A stretch of DNA of 26,932 nucleotides from Bdellovibrionota bacterium (GCA_041739995.1 JBGSMV010000050.1:1-26932), one strand, 5' to 3'; positions 8,292 through 17,801 are shown, counted from the stretch's first letter. The notes: generated from the letters alone by a model not told the origin. Translations and numbers: made by a program.

Positions 8292-9904
8292 TTTTCAATC
8301 TACTTGAGCAACCATGGCTGCCGATCGTACGTAGAAGCGGCTTACGCACGCTAGTCTCTCCGAGCGCCATTACCTCGGGAATCACAGAAGACCCAATTCT
8401 ACGCCTCGGCGCTCCACGCCCCGATCTCAATGGCGCGCTGATTCAGTTCCTGATTGGCCTTGTCCAAACTGCCATGACGCCCGAGACGCCGAGAGATTGG
8501 CGAGCGAGAATCGCCACACCCCCCACACAAGAAGAGCTTACTTCCGCCTTTAAGCGTTATGGGCACGCTTTCAACCTCATTGGTGCTGGCCCAAGATTTA
8601 TGCAGGACCGAGACGAGGAACTTGACGGCAATCTATTTGACGTTGGACGCCTATTGATTGATTCACCAGGAGATCAATCGGTAAAACGAAACATTGACCA
8701 CTATGTTCACCGCCAACCCAGGAGACCTTTCGGGCTCCCGGCTACAGCTTCGGCACTAATGTGTCTTCAACTGAACGCACCCAGTGGCGGCCAAGGACAT
8801 CGCGTCTCCTTGAGGGGGGGAGGGCCTCTTACCACTCTGGTGACAAGCGCACGGAGCCTCTGGGATCTCGTATGGCTGAATATCTTGCACAAGGAGCAAC
8901 TGCTCGATCTTGGCGGCTCACTAGATGAGACTGATACAAGCATCTTTCCCTGGCTTTCGACTTCTCGCACGAGCGAAAATGACGAGGAAGTTACCCCGCT
9001 TGACGTCAGCGTTCTGCAAGCATTTTGGGGAATGCCAAGGAGAATTCGCCTTTCAGTAACTTCCTCTGAGGAGGGGGCCCTATGCCCAATCTTCCATACC
9101 CAGGAGAAGCACCTTTGCTCCGGATTTACGATGAAGGCGTACGGCTCGAGCTACGGAGGCAATTGGCGCCACCCCCTTACTCCCTATTCAACTCGGAAAG
9201 ATGGGGCGCTAAACCCAATAAAGACCGGGGTTGCCTCCCCTGGCTACTCAGACTGGCTTGGGTTGTTGTTCTCCGAGGCAGAGAGCGGAGGGCGAGAACC
9301 ATCAAGAGTAGTTGAAGCGTTATTGGGTGACCGAGCCAAGCAAGAATACTCCGCCTCGAGGATTTGGGTCTTTGGATACGCCGTCGATAACATGAAACCG
9401 TTGCGTTGGGTCGATTCGGAGATTCCCATTTTGTTCTTCGAGGAGGACGACCGGACTCAACTTTCTGTTTCAATTCGGAGGCTGATCAAGAGCGCATCTT
9501 CGGTGCACCAGGACTTGCGCGCTGCGATCAAAAGCGCCAGCCTTCCAGACGCTAAGAACTTTTTTAATGCCTCCTGGGATCCAACGTGTGAGTTTTGGTC
9601 GTCCACAGAGGCGGAATTCTTGGATATAGTGAAGGGGCTTTCGAAGCTACCTAACGCTTGGGAGAGCTCTGCATTGAGATGGATTCAGTACCTCTCTGAG
9701 CGTGCTCAACGCATCTTCTCGGACGCCGTACTTTCTGGTGAGAACGACTTTCTTAATTGGCAGAGATCTTTTGTTGCACTAAGCAGACTCAAGATGAATA
9801 CGGGGCCCTTTTCCAAGAAACTGAGAAAGATTCTCGACCTCCCTGTTGAGCCGAAGACGAAGCCGACAAGGAAGAAGCAAACAGAGGGAGTCGCACAACG
9901 ATGA
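8288..9904 (+). CDS. cas8e: Cascade large subunit Cas8e/Cse1 (CasA)
   Basis: FNLLEQPWLP, RPDLNGALIQFLIGLVQT, GPRFMQD, SLRGGGPLTTL, FWGMPRRIRL and WRHPLTPY motifs. ATGA overlap with the cas3 stop at 8288-8291. Confidence 0.95.
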   Translation: MIFNLLEQPWLPIVRRSGLRTLVSPSAITSGITEDPILRLGAPRPDLNGALIQFLIGLVQTAMTPETPRDWRARIATPPTQEELTSAFKRYGHAFNLIGAGPRFMQDRDEELDGNLFDVGRLLIDSPGDQSVKRNIDHYVHRQPRRPFGLPATASALMCLQLNAPSGGQGHRVSLRGGGPLTTLVTSARSLWDLVWLNILHKEQLLDLGGSLDETDTSIFPWLSTSRTSENDEEVTPLDVSVLQAFWGMPRRIRLSVTSSEEGALCPIFHTQEKHLCSGFTMKAYGSSYGGNWRHPLTPYSTRKDGALNPIKTGVASPGYSDWLGLLFSEAESGGREPSRVVEALLGDRAKQEYSASRIWVFGYAVDNMKPLRWVDSEIPILFFEEDDRTQLSVSIRRLIKSASSVHQDLRAAIKSASLPDAKNFFNASWDPTCEFWSSTEAEFLDIVKGLSKLPNAWESSALRWIQYLSERAQRIFSDAVLSGENDFLNWQRSFVALSRLKMNTGPFSKKLRKILDLPVEPKTKPTRKKQTEGVAQR

Positions 9905-10413
9905 CTACTGAGAACCCAAAAAACAAGGGAACAGATTTCGCAACCATCGTTGGGGCATGGTGGACGTCGAGGCTGCGAAAGGAGCTAGCAGCGAAGTCTG
10001 CCCTCCGGCGTTGCCGAGTGACTGATGACGCTTTCTACATTCCTCTATTTCACGAACTCCTCAGTAGAGTTCGCGCAGCGGAGATTCCAGTTAATGCGGA
10101 CCAACTTGCTCTTGTTGCCTGCTTGCTCTCTCATGTTAAGAGCCCTCACACAGAGGACAACACCTCGCTTGGTCGCATACTTGCCAAACTCCTCACCAAC
10201 TCCCCTTCGGGACAGATACGCTTTCGACATTTACTGGCCGTGCCCTCTATCCGCCGCGACGTTAACGCTCGGACACGCCTGTTAACCGAAGGGCGTCGCG
10301 TGGTCGCACTGCTTGGGGGACGCGTTCCTCTTGAGGATTTCATTGATACTTTTTACTGGTGGGACGATCGCAGGAAAAAAACACTTGCGATGTCCTTTTA
10401 TCAGTTCAGCTAA
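9901..10413 (+). CDS. cas11: Cascade small subunit Cas11/Cse2 (CasB)
   Basis: Small helical protein with SALRRC and IRFRHLL motifs, located between cas8e and cas7. ATGA-coupled to cas8e. Confidence 0.88.
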   Translation: MTTENPKNKGTDFATIVGAWWTSRLRKELAAKSALRRCRVTDDAFYIPLFHELLSRVRAAEIPVNADQLALVACLLSHVKSPHTEDNTSLGRILAKLLTNSPSGQIRFRHLLAVPSIRRDVNARTRLLTEGRRVVALLGGRVPLEDFIDTFYWWDDRRKKTLAMSFYQFS

Positions 10414-10436
10414 CACTCATTTTGTGAGGGACTTAC

Positions 10437-11522
10437 ATGAGCAACTTCCTACAATTACACCTTCTCACCTCGTATCCGCCGGCGAATTTGAATCGCGACG
10501 ATTTGGGACGACCTAAAACTGCGATAATCGGAGGGAGCGAGCGACTACGAATATCATCGCAAAGCCTCAAACGGGCGTGGCGCTCTTCGACAGTTTTTAC
10601 CGAGCACCTTGGAGAGAACTTAGGTGTTCGCACGAAGAGAGTCGGACAGAAAGCATTCGATACGTTAGTGGAGAAAGGGCTCTCCCAGGCGAAGGCGAAG
10701 GAGAAAGCCCTCCAACTCGCGAAATGTTTTGGGGCGGTGGGGGACTCCGAAGAGGAGGAGGATTCGGACAACGAGACCGGCGGTGGAGAGTTACGAAATA
10801 AGCAGCTCTTTTTCTTTAGCCCAGAAGAGACCAGGGTGGTTGACGCCCTTACGGAAAAGCTAGGGTCAGGGGAGGAACTGGATGATTCCGACATTTGCGC
10901 GGCGATCTCTGCTGCGAGTCCCACAGCCTCAGATATTGCATTATTCGGTCGCATGCTTGCTCTAAAGGACCTAGGTGTGGGGAAGAACATTGAGGCTGCC
11001 TGTCAGGTTGCGCACGCCTTCTCTGTCCAGCCCGTAGTAGTGGAGGACGATTACTTTACGGCCGTGGACGACTTAAACTCCGACCAGAGTGGCGCGGCGC
11101 ACATCGGCGTCGTCGAGTTCGGAAGCGGGCTGTTTTACCTATATATTTGCGTGAACAAGGACCTTCTTACGAAGAACTTGAAAGGGGACGCACCCCTTGT
11201 TCGTAAGACCCTAACTGCGCTTGTTGAGGCTAGCGCAACGATCGCACCCACCGGCAAGCAGAATAGCTTTGGCTCTCGAGCTTGGGCCTCATACATTTTG
11301 GCCGAGCGAAGCGCGAAGCAGCCCCGCTCTCTAAGTGTCGCGTTTCTTGATCCCATACGAAGCGCTTCCGGCATGCTGGAGGAGGCGGTCAGTCGCCTTC
11401 GAAAGCAGCGCGATTCATTCGACTCATGCTACTTCGACGCAGGCAGCTTCGAACGATATGAGCTCTGCGTCTCGGAAGGAGCTGGAAAACTTTCAGACCT
11501 CGTCGAGTTTATGGCGCGATAG
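10437..11522 (+). CDS. cas7: Cascade backbone Cas7/Cse4 (CasC)
   Basis: ANLNRDDLGRPKTA, RISSQSLKRAWR, DIALFGRMLA, DDYFTAVDDL and PTGKQNSF motifs. Confidence 0.97.
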   Translation: MSNFLQLHLLTSYPPANLNRDDLGRPKTAIIGGSERLRISSQSLKRAWRSSTVFTEHLGENLGVRTKRVGQKAFDTLVEKGLSQAKAKEKALQLAKCFGAVGDSEEEEDSDNETGGGELRNKQLFFFSPEETRVVDALTEKLGSGEELDDSDICAAISAASPTASDIALFGRMLALKDLGVGKNIEAACQVAHAFSVQPVVVEDDYFTAVDDLNSDQSGAAHIGVVEFGSGLFYLYICVNKDLLTKNLKGDAPLVRKTLTALVEASATIAPTGKQNSFGSRAWASYILAERSAKQPRSLSVAFLDPIRSASGMLEEAVSRLRKQRDSFDSCYFDAGSFERYELCVSEGAGKLSDLVEFMAR

Positions 11523-11534
11523 AGGGGGGCAGCT

Positions 11535-12257
11535 ATGCACCAGTTCCTTCTTTTCACATTATATGGCCCGCTACAAAGCTGGGGAAACATCGCAGTCGGG
11601 GAGTTTCGTAGCTCAGATTCGGTACCAACCAAATCGGCTATTATCGGACTCGTAGCCGCGTGCCTTGGGTTCCAACGCGAGGAAGAGGGCCTTGTGGCGC
11701 TCCAGAGGTCAGCGAGGATTCTTGTTCGCGTAGATCGGAGTCCGGGGCGCCTCACCGACTTCCACACCGCACAAGTTCCGGGCGCTCAGCGGAATACCAG
11801 GTATCTAACTCGCTCCGAAGAACTCTCAGCCCCAGAACTTCACACAGTGGCCCCATCAAGACGAGAATATCTCACCGATGGTGTCTTTAGTGTCGCCCTC
11901 TGGTCAGACCACCCCGCACCCGTTGCTCTCGAAAATGTACGCGACGCTCTGTTGAACCCAGTGTTTGTTCCGTATCTCGGTCGAAAAAGCTGCCCCCTCG
12001 CCGTTCCACTGTCTCCGTCACTTATTGAAGCGACCAGCGCGCTCGCGGCCATTGGACAGTATTATCCATCGCGCAAGTGGTTCCCAGGCTCGTTTCTTCT
12101 GGAGCGAGGGGCTGAGGTACTAGTGTTCTCGGATGATAGTCCCTTAAGTGGGGTAACCGTCGATCGTTACACAGTTCGACGCGATCAACCGATCGCGTTA
12201 ACGGATAGACAATTCGATATTCGCAGCGAGTGCATAGGGCGAACGACGCTCCCATAG
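11535..12257 (+). CDS. cas5: Cas5e (CasD)
   Basis: LYGPLQSWG, PTKSAIIGLVAACLG, DFHTAQ, RREYL and YLGRKSCP motifs. Confidence 0.96.
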   Translation: MHQFLLFTLYGPLQSWGNIAVGEFRSSDSVPTKSAIIGLVAACLGFQREEEGLVALQRSARILVRVDRSPGRLTDFHTAQVPGAQRNTRYLTRSEELSAPELHTVAPSRREYLTDGVFSVALWSDHPAPVALENVRDALLNPVFVPYLGRKSCPLAVPLSPSLIEATSALAAIGQYYPSRKWFPGSFLLERGAEVLVFSDDSPLSGVTVDRYTVRRDQPIALTDRQFDIRSECIGRTTLP

Positions 12258-12265
12258 GATCTGAT

Positions 12266-12949
12266 ATGCATTTCTCTAAAATCACTTTCGACTCCCACGG
12301 TCTCACTCGACTACTCCAATATCGTGGAGCAGACGAGTACTTCTTCCACCAATTGCTGTGGGAATTATTCTCGGATCAGCCATCTAGTAGGCGAGATTTT
12401 ATCTATCACCAGGCCCTCTCCGCTTCACAGGCATGCTTCTATATTGTCTCGAAGCGGCCCCCCACGGTTCCACCCAATCGTGCAGAGGTTATGTTTGCCC
12501 AAAGCAAGCCTTACCACCCAACACTCCGTAATGCACAGTCTCTAAACTTTCTCGTTCGCGTCAACCCAGCGGTTCGTAAGACCTCCCTAGATGGCCGCAC
12601 AGCTCGTCACGATGTCGTGATGGAAGCGAAGCGGATCGCTTCGAGCGCGGACAACTCTCCGACAGCCAGAATGCTAACCTCCGATTTAGTTACGCAACGG
12701 TGCCAAGCTTGGTTATCCAAGCGCTGCGAGTTGCATGGCTTCACCTTCAAGTCCGAGGAGGTGATGGTCAATGCCTATAGACAGCACTCGTTTCCACGCA
12801 GAGGCAGCCGAGTTAGTTTTTCCTCAGTTGAGTTGAGTGGCATACTCACGGTATGCGATCCCGACTCGTTTCGCAGAGCCCTATATTCTGGAATTGGGCC
12901 CGCTAAGGGTTTTGGGAACGGTTTGATTTTGATCCGGCCACGCACATGA
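12266..12949 (+). CDS. cas6e: Cas6e/Cse3 crRNA endoribonuclease (CasE)
   Basis: HQLLWELF, VRVNP and C-terminal G-loop GIGPAKGFGNGL. The start was moved to ATG 12266, after the cas5 stop. Confidence 0.94.
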   Translation: MHFSKITFDSHGLTRLLQYRGADEYFFHQLLWELFSDQPSSRRDFIYHQALSASQACFYIVSKRPPTVPPNRAEVMFAQSKPYHPTLRNAQSLNFLVRVNPAVRKTSLDGRTARHDVVMEAKRIASSADNSPTARMLTSDLVTQRCQAWLSKRCELHGFTFKSEEVMVNAYRQHSFPRRGSRVSFSSVELSGILTVCDPDSFRRALYSGIGPAKGFGNGLILIRPRT

Positions 12950-13863
12950 CGGAATTTCCCGATCTAAAGCCGATAGCGATTAAAGAACGCGCCTCAGTGC
13001 TCTTTGTCGAGAAGGGGCAGATCGACGTGATTGATAATGCATTTGTGGTAATCGATGCTACGGGGATCAGAACCCAGATTCCCTTAGGTTCCATCACTTG
13101 CTTACTTCTGGAGCCAGGGACTCGAATCAGCCACGCTGCAGTAGCCTTGGCGAGTCGAGTCGGATGCCTTCTACTATGGGTCGGAGAGGGGTCCGTTCGC
13201 CTTTATGCCGCTGGGCAGCCCGGCGGGGCCCGCTCCGATCGCCTCCTCTATCAAGCAAAATTGGCCCTCGAGGAAACTCTCCGTCTTAAGGTGATTCGAA
13301 AGATGTACGAGTTACGATTTGGATCTGCTGCCCCTGCTCGGAGGAGTATCAATCAACTTCGAGGGATAGAAAGCGCTCGAGTAAAGGCTACATATCGGTT
13401 ACTTGCCCAGAGATACGGACTCTCTTGGAAGGGCCGGAACTACGACCATTCCTCCTGGAATGCAGGGGATCTCTCGAACCGGTGCATTAGCTCCGCAACC
13501 GCCTCTCTATACGGAGTGGTGGAGTCTGCCGTGCTCGCAGCTGGCTATGCTCCAGCAATAGGCTTTCTCCACACAGGGAAAGCCCTGTCTTTCGTTTATG
13601 ACATTGCAGATATCGTAAAGTTTGAGACTGTTGTGCCGCTCGCCTTTGAAGTTGCGGCGATGGCGCCCAAAGACCCGGAGAGACAGGTCCGCCTCCGCTG
13701 CCGCGACGCTTTCCGGAGCTCGCGCCTTCTGAGGAGGTTAATTCCTCTAGTCGACGAGGTTTTGGCAGCTGGAGAAATTCAACCACCGCCTCCGAACGAG
13801 GAGGCATTGCCAATTGCAATTGTAGAGGAAGCTGGGCCTGGAGATGTTGGTCATCGCCACTGA
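12946..13863 (+). CDS. cas1: Cas1 (type I-E)
   Basis: LEPGTRISHAA, LYAAGQPGGARSD, QLRGIE, GYAPAIGFLH and SFVYDIAD motifs. ATGA-coupled to cas6e. Confidence 0.98.
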   Translation: MTEFPDLKPIAIKERASVLFVEKGQIDVIDNAFVVIDATGIRTQIPLGSITCLLLEPGTRISHAAVALASRVGCLLLWVGEGSVRLYAAGQPGGARSDRLLYQAKLALEETLRLKVIRKMYELRFGSAAPARRSINQLRGIESARVKATYRLLAQRYGLSWKGRNYDHSSWNAGDLSNRCISSATASLYGVVESAVLAAGYAPAIGFLHTGKALSFVYDIADIVKFETVVPLAFEVAAMAPKDPERQVRLRCRDAFRSSRLLRRLIPLVDEVLAAGEIQPPPPNEEALPIAIVEEAGPGDVGHRH

Positions 13864-14134
13864 AGCCGTCTTGCCCAAACTTAGAGGGCGACTAGCTGTA
13901 TACATGCTCGAAATTCGCGCCGGCCTCTATGTCGCCGATCTCTCCGTACGGGTACGAGAGCTTTTGATCGCACAAGTTTGCGCGGGGCTAGGTGATGGCT
14001 CTGCTATCGTGGCCTGGAGCACCAACAACGAAGCTGGGTTCGAGTTCTTGACATTTGGACCTAACCGAAGGATCCCAACTGCCATCGACGGGTTTCAGCT
14101 AGTTTCGTTTTCCCAGCCACCAGAGACAGCGTAG
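13844..14134 (+). CDS. cas2: Cas2 (type I-E), not fused to DnaQ
   Basis: LRGRLAVYMLEIRAGLYVAD...NNEAGFEFLTFGPNRRIP. 96 aa, overlapping the end of cas1. Confidence 0.96.
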   Translation: MLVIATEAVLPKLRGRLAVYMLEIRAGLYVADLSVRVRELLIAQVCAGLGDGSAIVAWSTNNEAGFEFLTFGPNRRIPTAIDGFQLVSFSQPPETA

Positions 14135-14237
14135 GATTTCCGAAGGCCGGAGAGAGATTCATCCTCGACGAGGACAAGGTTTTGGTAGCTCATTGTCAAT
14201 CTTATTTGGGTAGAGGATCTCTATGGTTAGCTCAAGT
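14135..14237 (+). promoter_or_regulatory. CRISPR leader
   Basis: 103-bp non-coding stretch between cas2 and the first repeat, containing TTTTGGTAG and ending GGTTAGCTCAAGT, resembling type I-E leader ends. The degenerate repeat is at the opposite end of the array. Confidence 0.8.
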
Positions 14238-16217
14238 GTGTTCCCCACATACGTGGGGATGAACCGTGAGCGTTCCGCCGCTAAAGTCTTGTGACGAGGT
14301 GTTCCCCACATACGTGGGGATGAACCGCACCCACGTATAATTAGTGTTCGCCCCACCTAGTGTTCCCCACATACGTGGGGATGAACCGCAACATGAAAGC
14401 CTGGAGATGGCTCAGAGCCGGTGTTCCCCACATACGTGGGGATGAACCGTTCAACGCAACCTGCTTCCAGTTGTACTGAAAGTGTTCCCCACATACGTGG
14501 GGATGAACCGGGACTAATAGCTAGAATCGGAACGGCACGCCCGTGTTCCCCACATACGTGGGGATGAACCGGCTTTTGCAGGAATTCAGCGCATTGTTCT
14601 TCCGTGTTCCCCACATACGTGGGGATGAACCGTTCTCCGCTCCGAGTTGCATAGCTCGGGAAACGTGTTCCCCACATACGTGGGGATGAACCGATAACTG
14701 GGTTTATCAGCTAACTGGATGGGATGTGTTCCCCACATACGTGGGGATGAACCGCGCATACTGACCCAGTCTTGAAACTGGAGACCGTGTTCCCCACATA
14801 CGTGGGGATGAACCGCCGCCGCGCTCTGCGAACATAGCCCAGCCCTCGTGTTCCCCACATACGTGGGGATGAACCGAAACACGCCGCACGCAAAGCCTTG
14901 CGGGAATGGTGTTCCCCACATACGTGGGGATGAACCGAGTTTTGGGCGGGCCGGAGCGTTAGCGAGCTAGTGTTCCCCACATACGTGGGGATGAACCGTT
15001 GAATTGTTAGAAGTGCAAAGGAAAGTTACAGTGTTCCCCACATACGTGGGGATGAACCGCATTTCCATCACATCGCAAGTTAGCGTGCGCTGTGTTCCCC
15101 ACATACGTGGGGATGAACCGAGCTTATCCGGCAGGACTTGGCTCCTGACTTTGTGTTCCCCACATACGTGGGGATGAACCGTTACCGGCAAAGACGGGGA
15201 AGACCTAATTCCTGTGTTCCCCACATACGTGGGGATGAACCGTTGTTCAGATTCCAGTGAGCAGAATGTTTCACGTGTTCCCCACATACGTGGGGATGAA
15301 CCGCCGGGGAAATCTGTATTCCAGGGGTATATCTCGTGTTCCCCACATACGTGGGGATGAACCGGCACGAGGTAGTAAAAACACCTTTTGTAGAAGTGTT
15401 CCCCACATACGTGGGGATGAACCGGAAATAAACATTCAAACAAGAATCGCTAGTAGGTGTTCCCCACATACGTGGGGATGAACCGAAAGGCTGGTTCAGT
15501 TCATGACTGAGGTTGAGGTGTTCCCCACATACGTGGGGATGAACCGACACGCGGATATCTTGATACGCAGTGGGCTGAGTGTTCCCCACATACGTGGGGA
15601 TGAACCGCGCCGCCAGATACCAAGGTCGGCGCCTTGAATGTGTTCCCCACATACGTGGGGATGAACCGCATGGGCGCTTATGGTGGCTGGTCACATTCGG
15701 GTGTTCCCCACATACGTGGGGATGAACCGCGTAACTGGCCGGTGCTGGTCTTTACGCTACTGTGTTCCCCACATACGTGGGGATGAACCGACCCCAGCCG
15801 CTATCTTGCAGAAGACTGGTCTGTGTTCCCCACATACGTGGGGATGAACCGTCTCCTCGGTGGGTCTATCACGCACTGAAAACGTGTTCCCCACATACGT
15901 GGGGATGAACCGTTGTACCACTGCGGGGTGGTCGGAATGTTCCAGTGTTCCCCACATACGTGGGGATGAACCGTTTGCGAACGTAACGTTGCGAATGAAT
16001 TTTTTGTGTTCCCCACATACGTGGGGATGAACCGTAATCAACCTCGTCAGCCAGCTTCTCGTAAATGTGTTCCCCACATACGTGGGGATGAACCGAGTCC
16101 CCAACACAAGCAATAGAGCCAGAGTCTGTGTTCCCCACATACGTGGGGATGAACCGTCGTACCAGTCGACACTGCCTCTACGTTTTTGGTGTTCCCCACA
16201 TACGTGGGGACGAACCT
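14238..16217 (+). CRISPR. Type I-E CRISPR array: 33 repeats of 29 bp (GTGTTCCCCACATACGTGGGGATGAACCG), 32 spacers (31 of 32 bp, one of 31 bp)
   Basis: 61-bp period counted by hand from 14238. The repeat hairpin is TCCCCAC-ATAC-GTGGGGA. The terminal repeat 16189-16217 is degenerate (...GGGGACGAACCT). No duplicate spacers were seen. Confidence 0.99.
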
Positions 16218-16580
16218 CAGCCCCGACAACCACGGTAGAACTAGATTCTCAGCATCATCCGCAAAGAAGACGGAGACCTGGCCATATCGCCTCCCTGGCA
16301 GGCATCGCGCGGTGTTCCTTCCCGCCCCAACCACCAAGTTGGCAAGTTCGTGGCCTCAATTTCCAACCCCCTGTAACTGAGCATGTAATTCGGATTCACT
16401 ACGGAGCTTCCAGCCTCCTTGCATCGAGTCCCGCCCATAAGGCGATCTTTCTGCCGCAGAGCAATACTTGCTGGGGCGGCCCCTTCTGGTTTCTTAAGAA
16501 CTCCATCTGAAGTAAAATTCATAGGAATCGTTTGCTGAATGGGCGAAGTAGTTGAATATACCTTGAGCGCAGGGGGCCCA

Positions 16581-17789
16581 ATGGAAATTAGACATAGCAC
16601 CCCTTCTGAGGCGACTCCCTCAACTGGCGAGCTCATTGAATTAAGACACCCAGACGTCAGTGCCATCATATCTCGCACACGCTTTGCCTCGACTAATCAA
16701 CGCGAGGCCAGGGTAGTATTCGAAGACCTAACCACTAGATCATTGGAGAACTTCCTTCGCTTTCGTTGGGAGCTTACTCCCAGCGAATTTGCCCTCGCTC
16801 AAGAAGCTATGTCCTTTGTCGACCGACGATATTCTGAAATGGGAATAACGGATCTCCCGAAGGCTTTTGGCCCGTTCATTTATGAAGACGTGGATTTTTT
16901 TACTCACGACCATGGCAACCGAAAGAACTTTTGGGAGGACCTTGCCTGGGCGGGAGCAGCAGGCAGAGGTTCGGCAATGTACCGAGTGCTTGGGGTCAGG
17001 GAACAGTCAGGTGTTTCCGTTGAATTTCCAACCGATTTCGCATGTAAAATAGCCCATGAATATACTCACGCTCTAGGGGCTGTTCGAGTATCTTTGCGCG
17101 GACTCAGAGCGAGGGTCCCAGATCTCAGCGGACTCCAGATTGATAGCCCCGAAGGCCACAAGCTCTTTGCGTGCCTCGACGAGTACGTAGCTGAATTGAA
17201 CTCCCACTGCTTCCTTCTTTCCAAAGAGGGCATATCGGAGATTCGCAGCCTCTCAAATGTGGACTTTGACCTAGCGGAAATGTCTGCGAAACATCAAGAA
17301 GCAATCATTGAGGTGGTCAATCGACTTCAATCGCCGCTACGCGAAGAGGAGGGGCAATTCCTACCGAAGCAACTAGAAAGTCTCTATTACAGAGTTGTTG
17401 TGGGTGGCAAGCCTTACGCCTATCGGACTGGCTATGGGGTAAATAACGCTTCGATACGCGCACTCGCTGCGGAGATGTTCGAAGAATATCCCGCCGAAGA
17501 AGCGGAGTCTCTGTTCTCGAGATACGCCCTATTGGCGCATGTTACGGGCGAATATCAAGACTTTTTTAAGCTCATCAAGTCAAAACTAGGGGCTAGAGGA
17601 CTTAAGGTTCTGGCATTTTCTGACCCATACGGAGATGTTTCGTTGGAGAGCGGTCTTTTCATCGTTAGCGCGTCTACGGCCCTGCTGTCTCTCTACGCCG
17701 CTGCTCGAAAGTTACCGTTGGATGAACGCGAATACGTACGCGACTTAATATCAGTGGCCATTGACCCGCGCGGAGCTTCTAAGGCTTAA
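16581..17789 (+). CDS. Hypothetical protein with HExxH...E zinc-metallopeptidase-like motif
   Basis: About 400-codon ORF with IAHEYTHALG followed by LDEYVAE. The start is ATG 16581 (preceded by AGGGGG) or ATG 16539. Confidence 0.6.
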   Translation: MEIRHSTPSEATPSTGELIELRHPDVSAIISRTRFASTNQREARVVFEDLTTRSLENFLRFRWELTPSEFALAQEAMSFVDRRYSEMGITDLPKAFGPFIYEDVDFFTHDHGNRKNFWEDLAWAGAAGRGSAMYRVLGVREQSGVSVEFPTDFACKIAHEYTHALGAVRVSLRGLRARVPDLSGLQIDSPEGHKLFACLDEYVAELNSHCFLLSKEGISEIRSLSNVDFDLAEMSAKHQEAIIEVVNRLQSPLREEEGQFLPKQLESLYYRVVVGGKPYAYRTGYGVNNASIRALAAEMFEEYPAEEAESLFSRYALLAHVTGEYQDFFKLIKSKLGARGLKVLAFSDPYGDVSLESGLFIVSASTALLSLYAAARKLPLDEREYVRDLISVAIDPRGASKA

Positions 17790-17801
17790 AAAGACACCTT
17801 T

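Noticed and set aside
14238..16217. Self-targeting spacers within the window, e.g. spacer 3 shares GAGATGGCTCAG with the 3' end of traG near 2895
   Set aside because: Only a 12-nt match that does not extend. No long match was seen by eye; an exhaustive alignment was not possible.
16250..16340. Possible further degenerate repeats after the array (GTGTTCC at 16312, about two periods after the last repeat)
   Set aside because: Only 7 nt match, and nothing repeat-like lies at the intervening expected position near 16250.
14159..16510. Many ORFs across the CRISPR array, mostly on the minus strand
   Set aside because: They are translations of the repeat (VHPHVCGEH, GSSPRMWGT, RFIPTYVGNT) and not genes.
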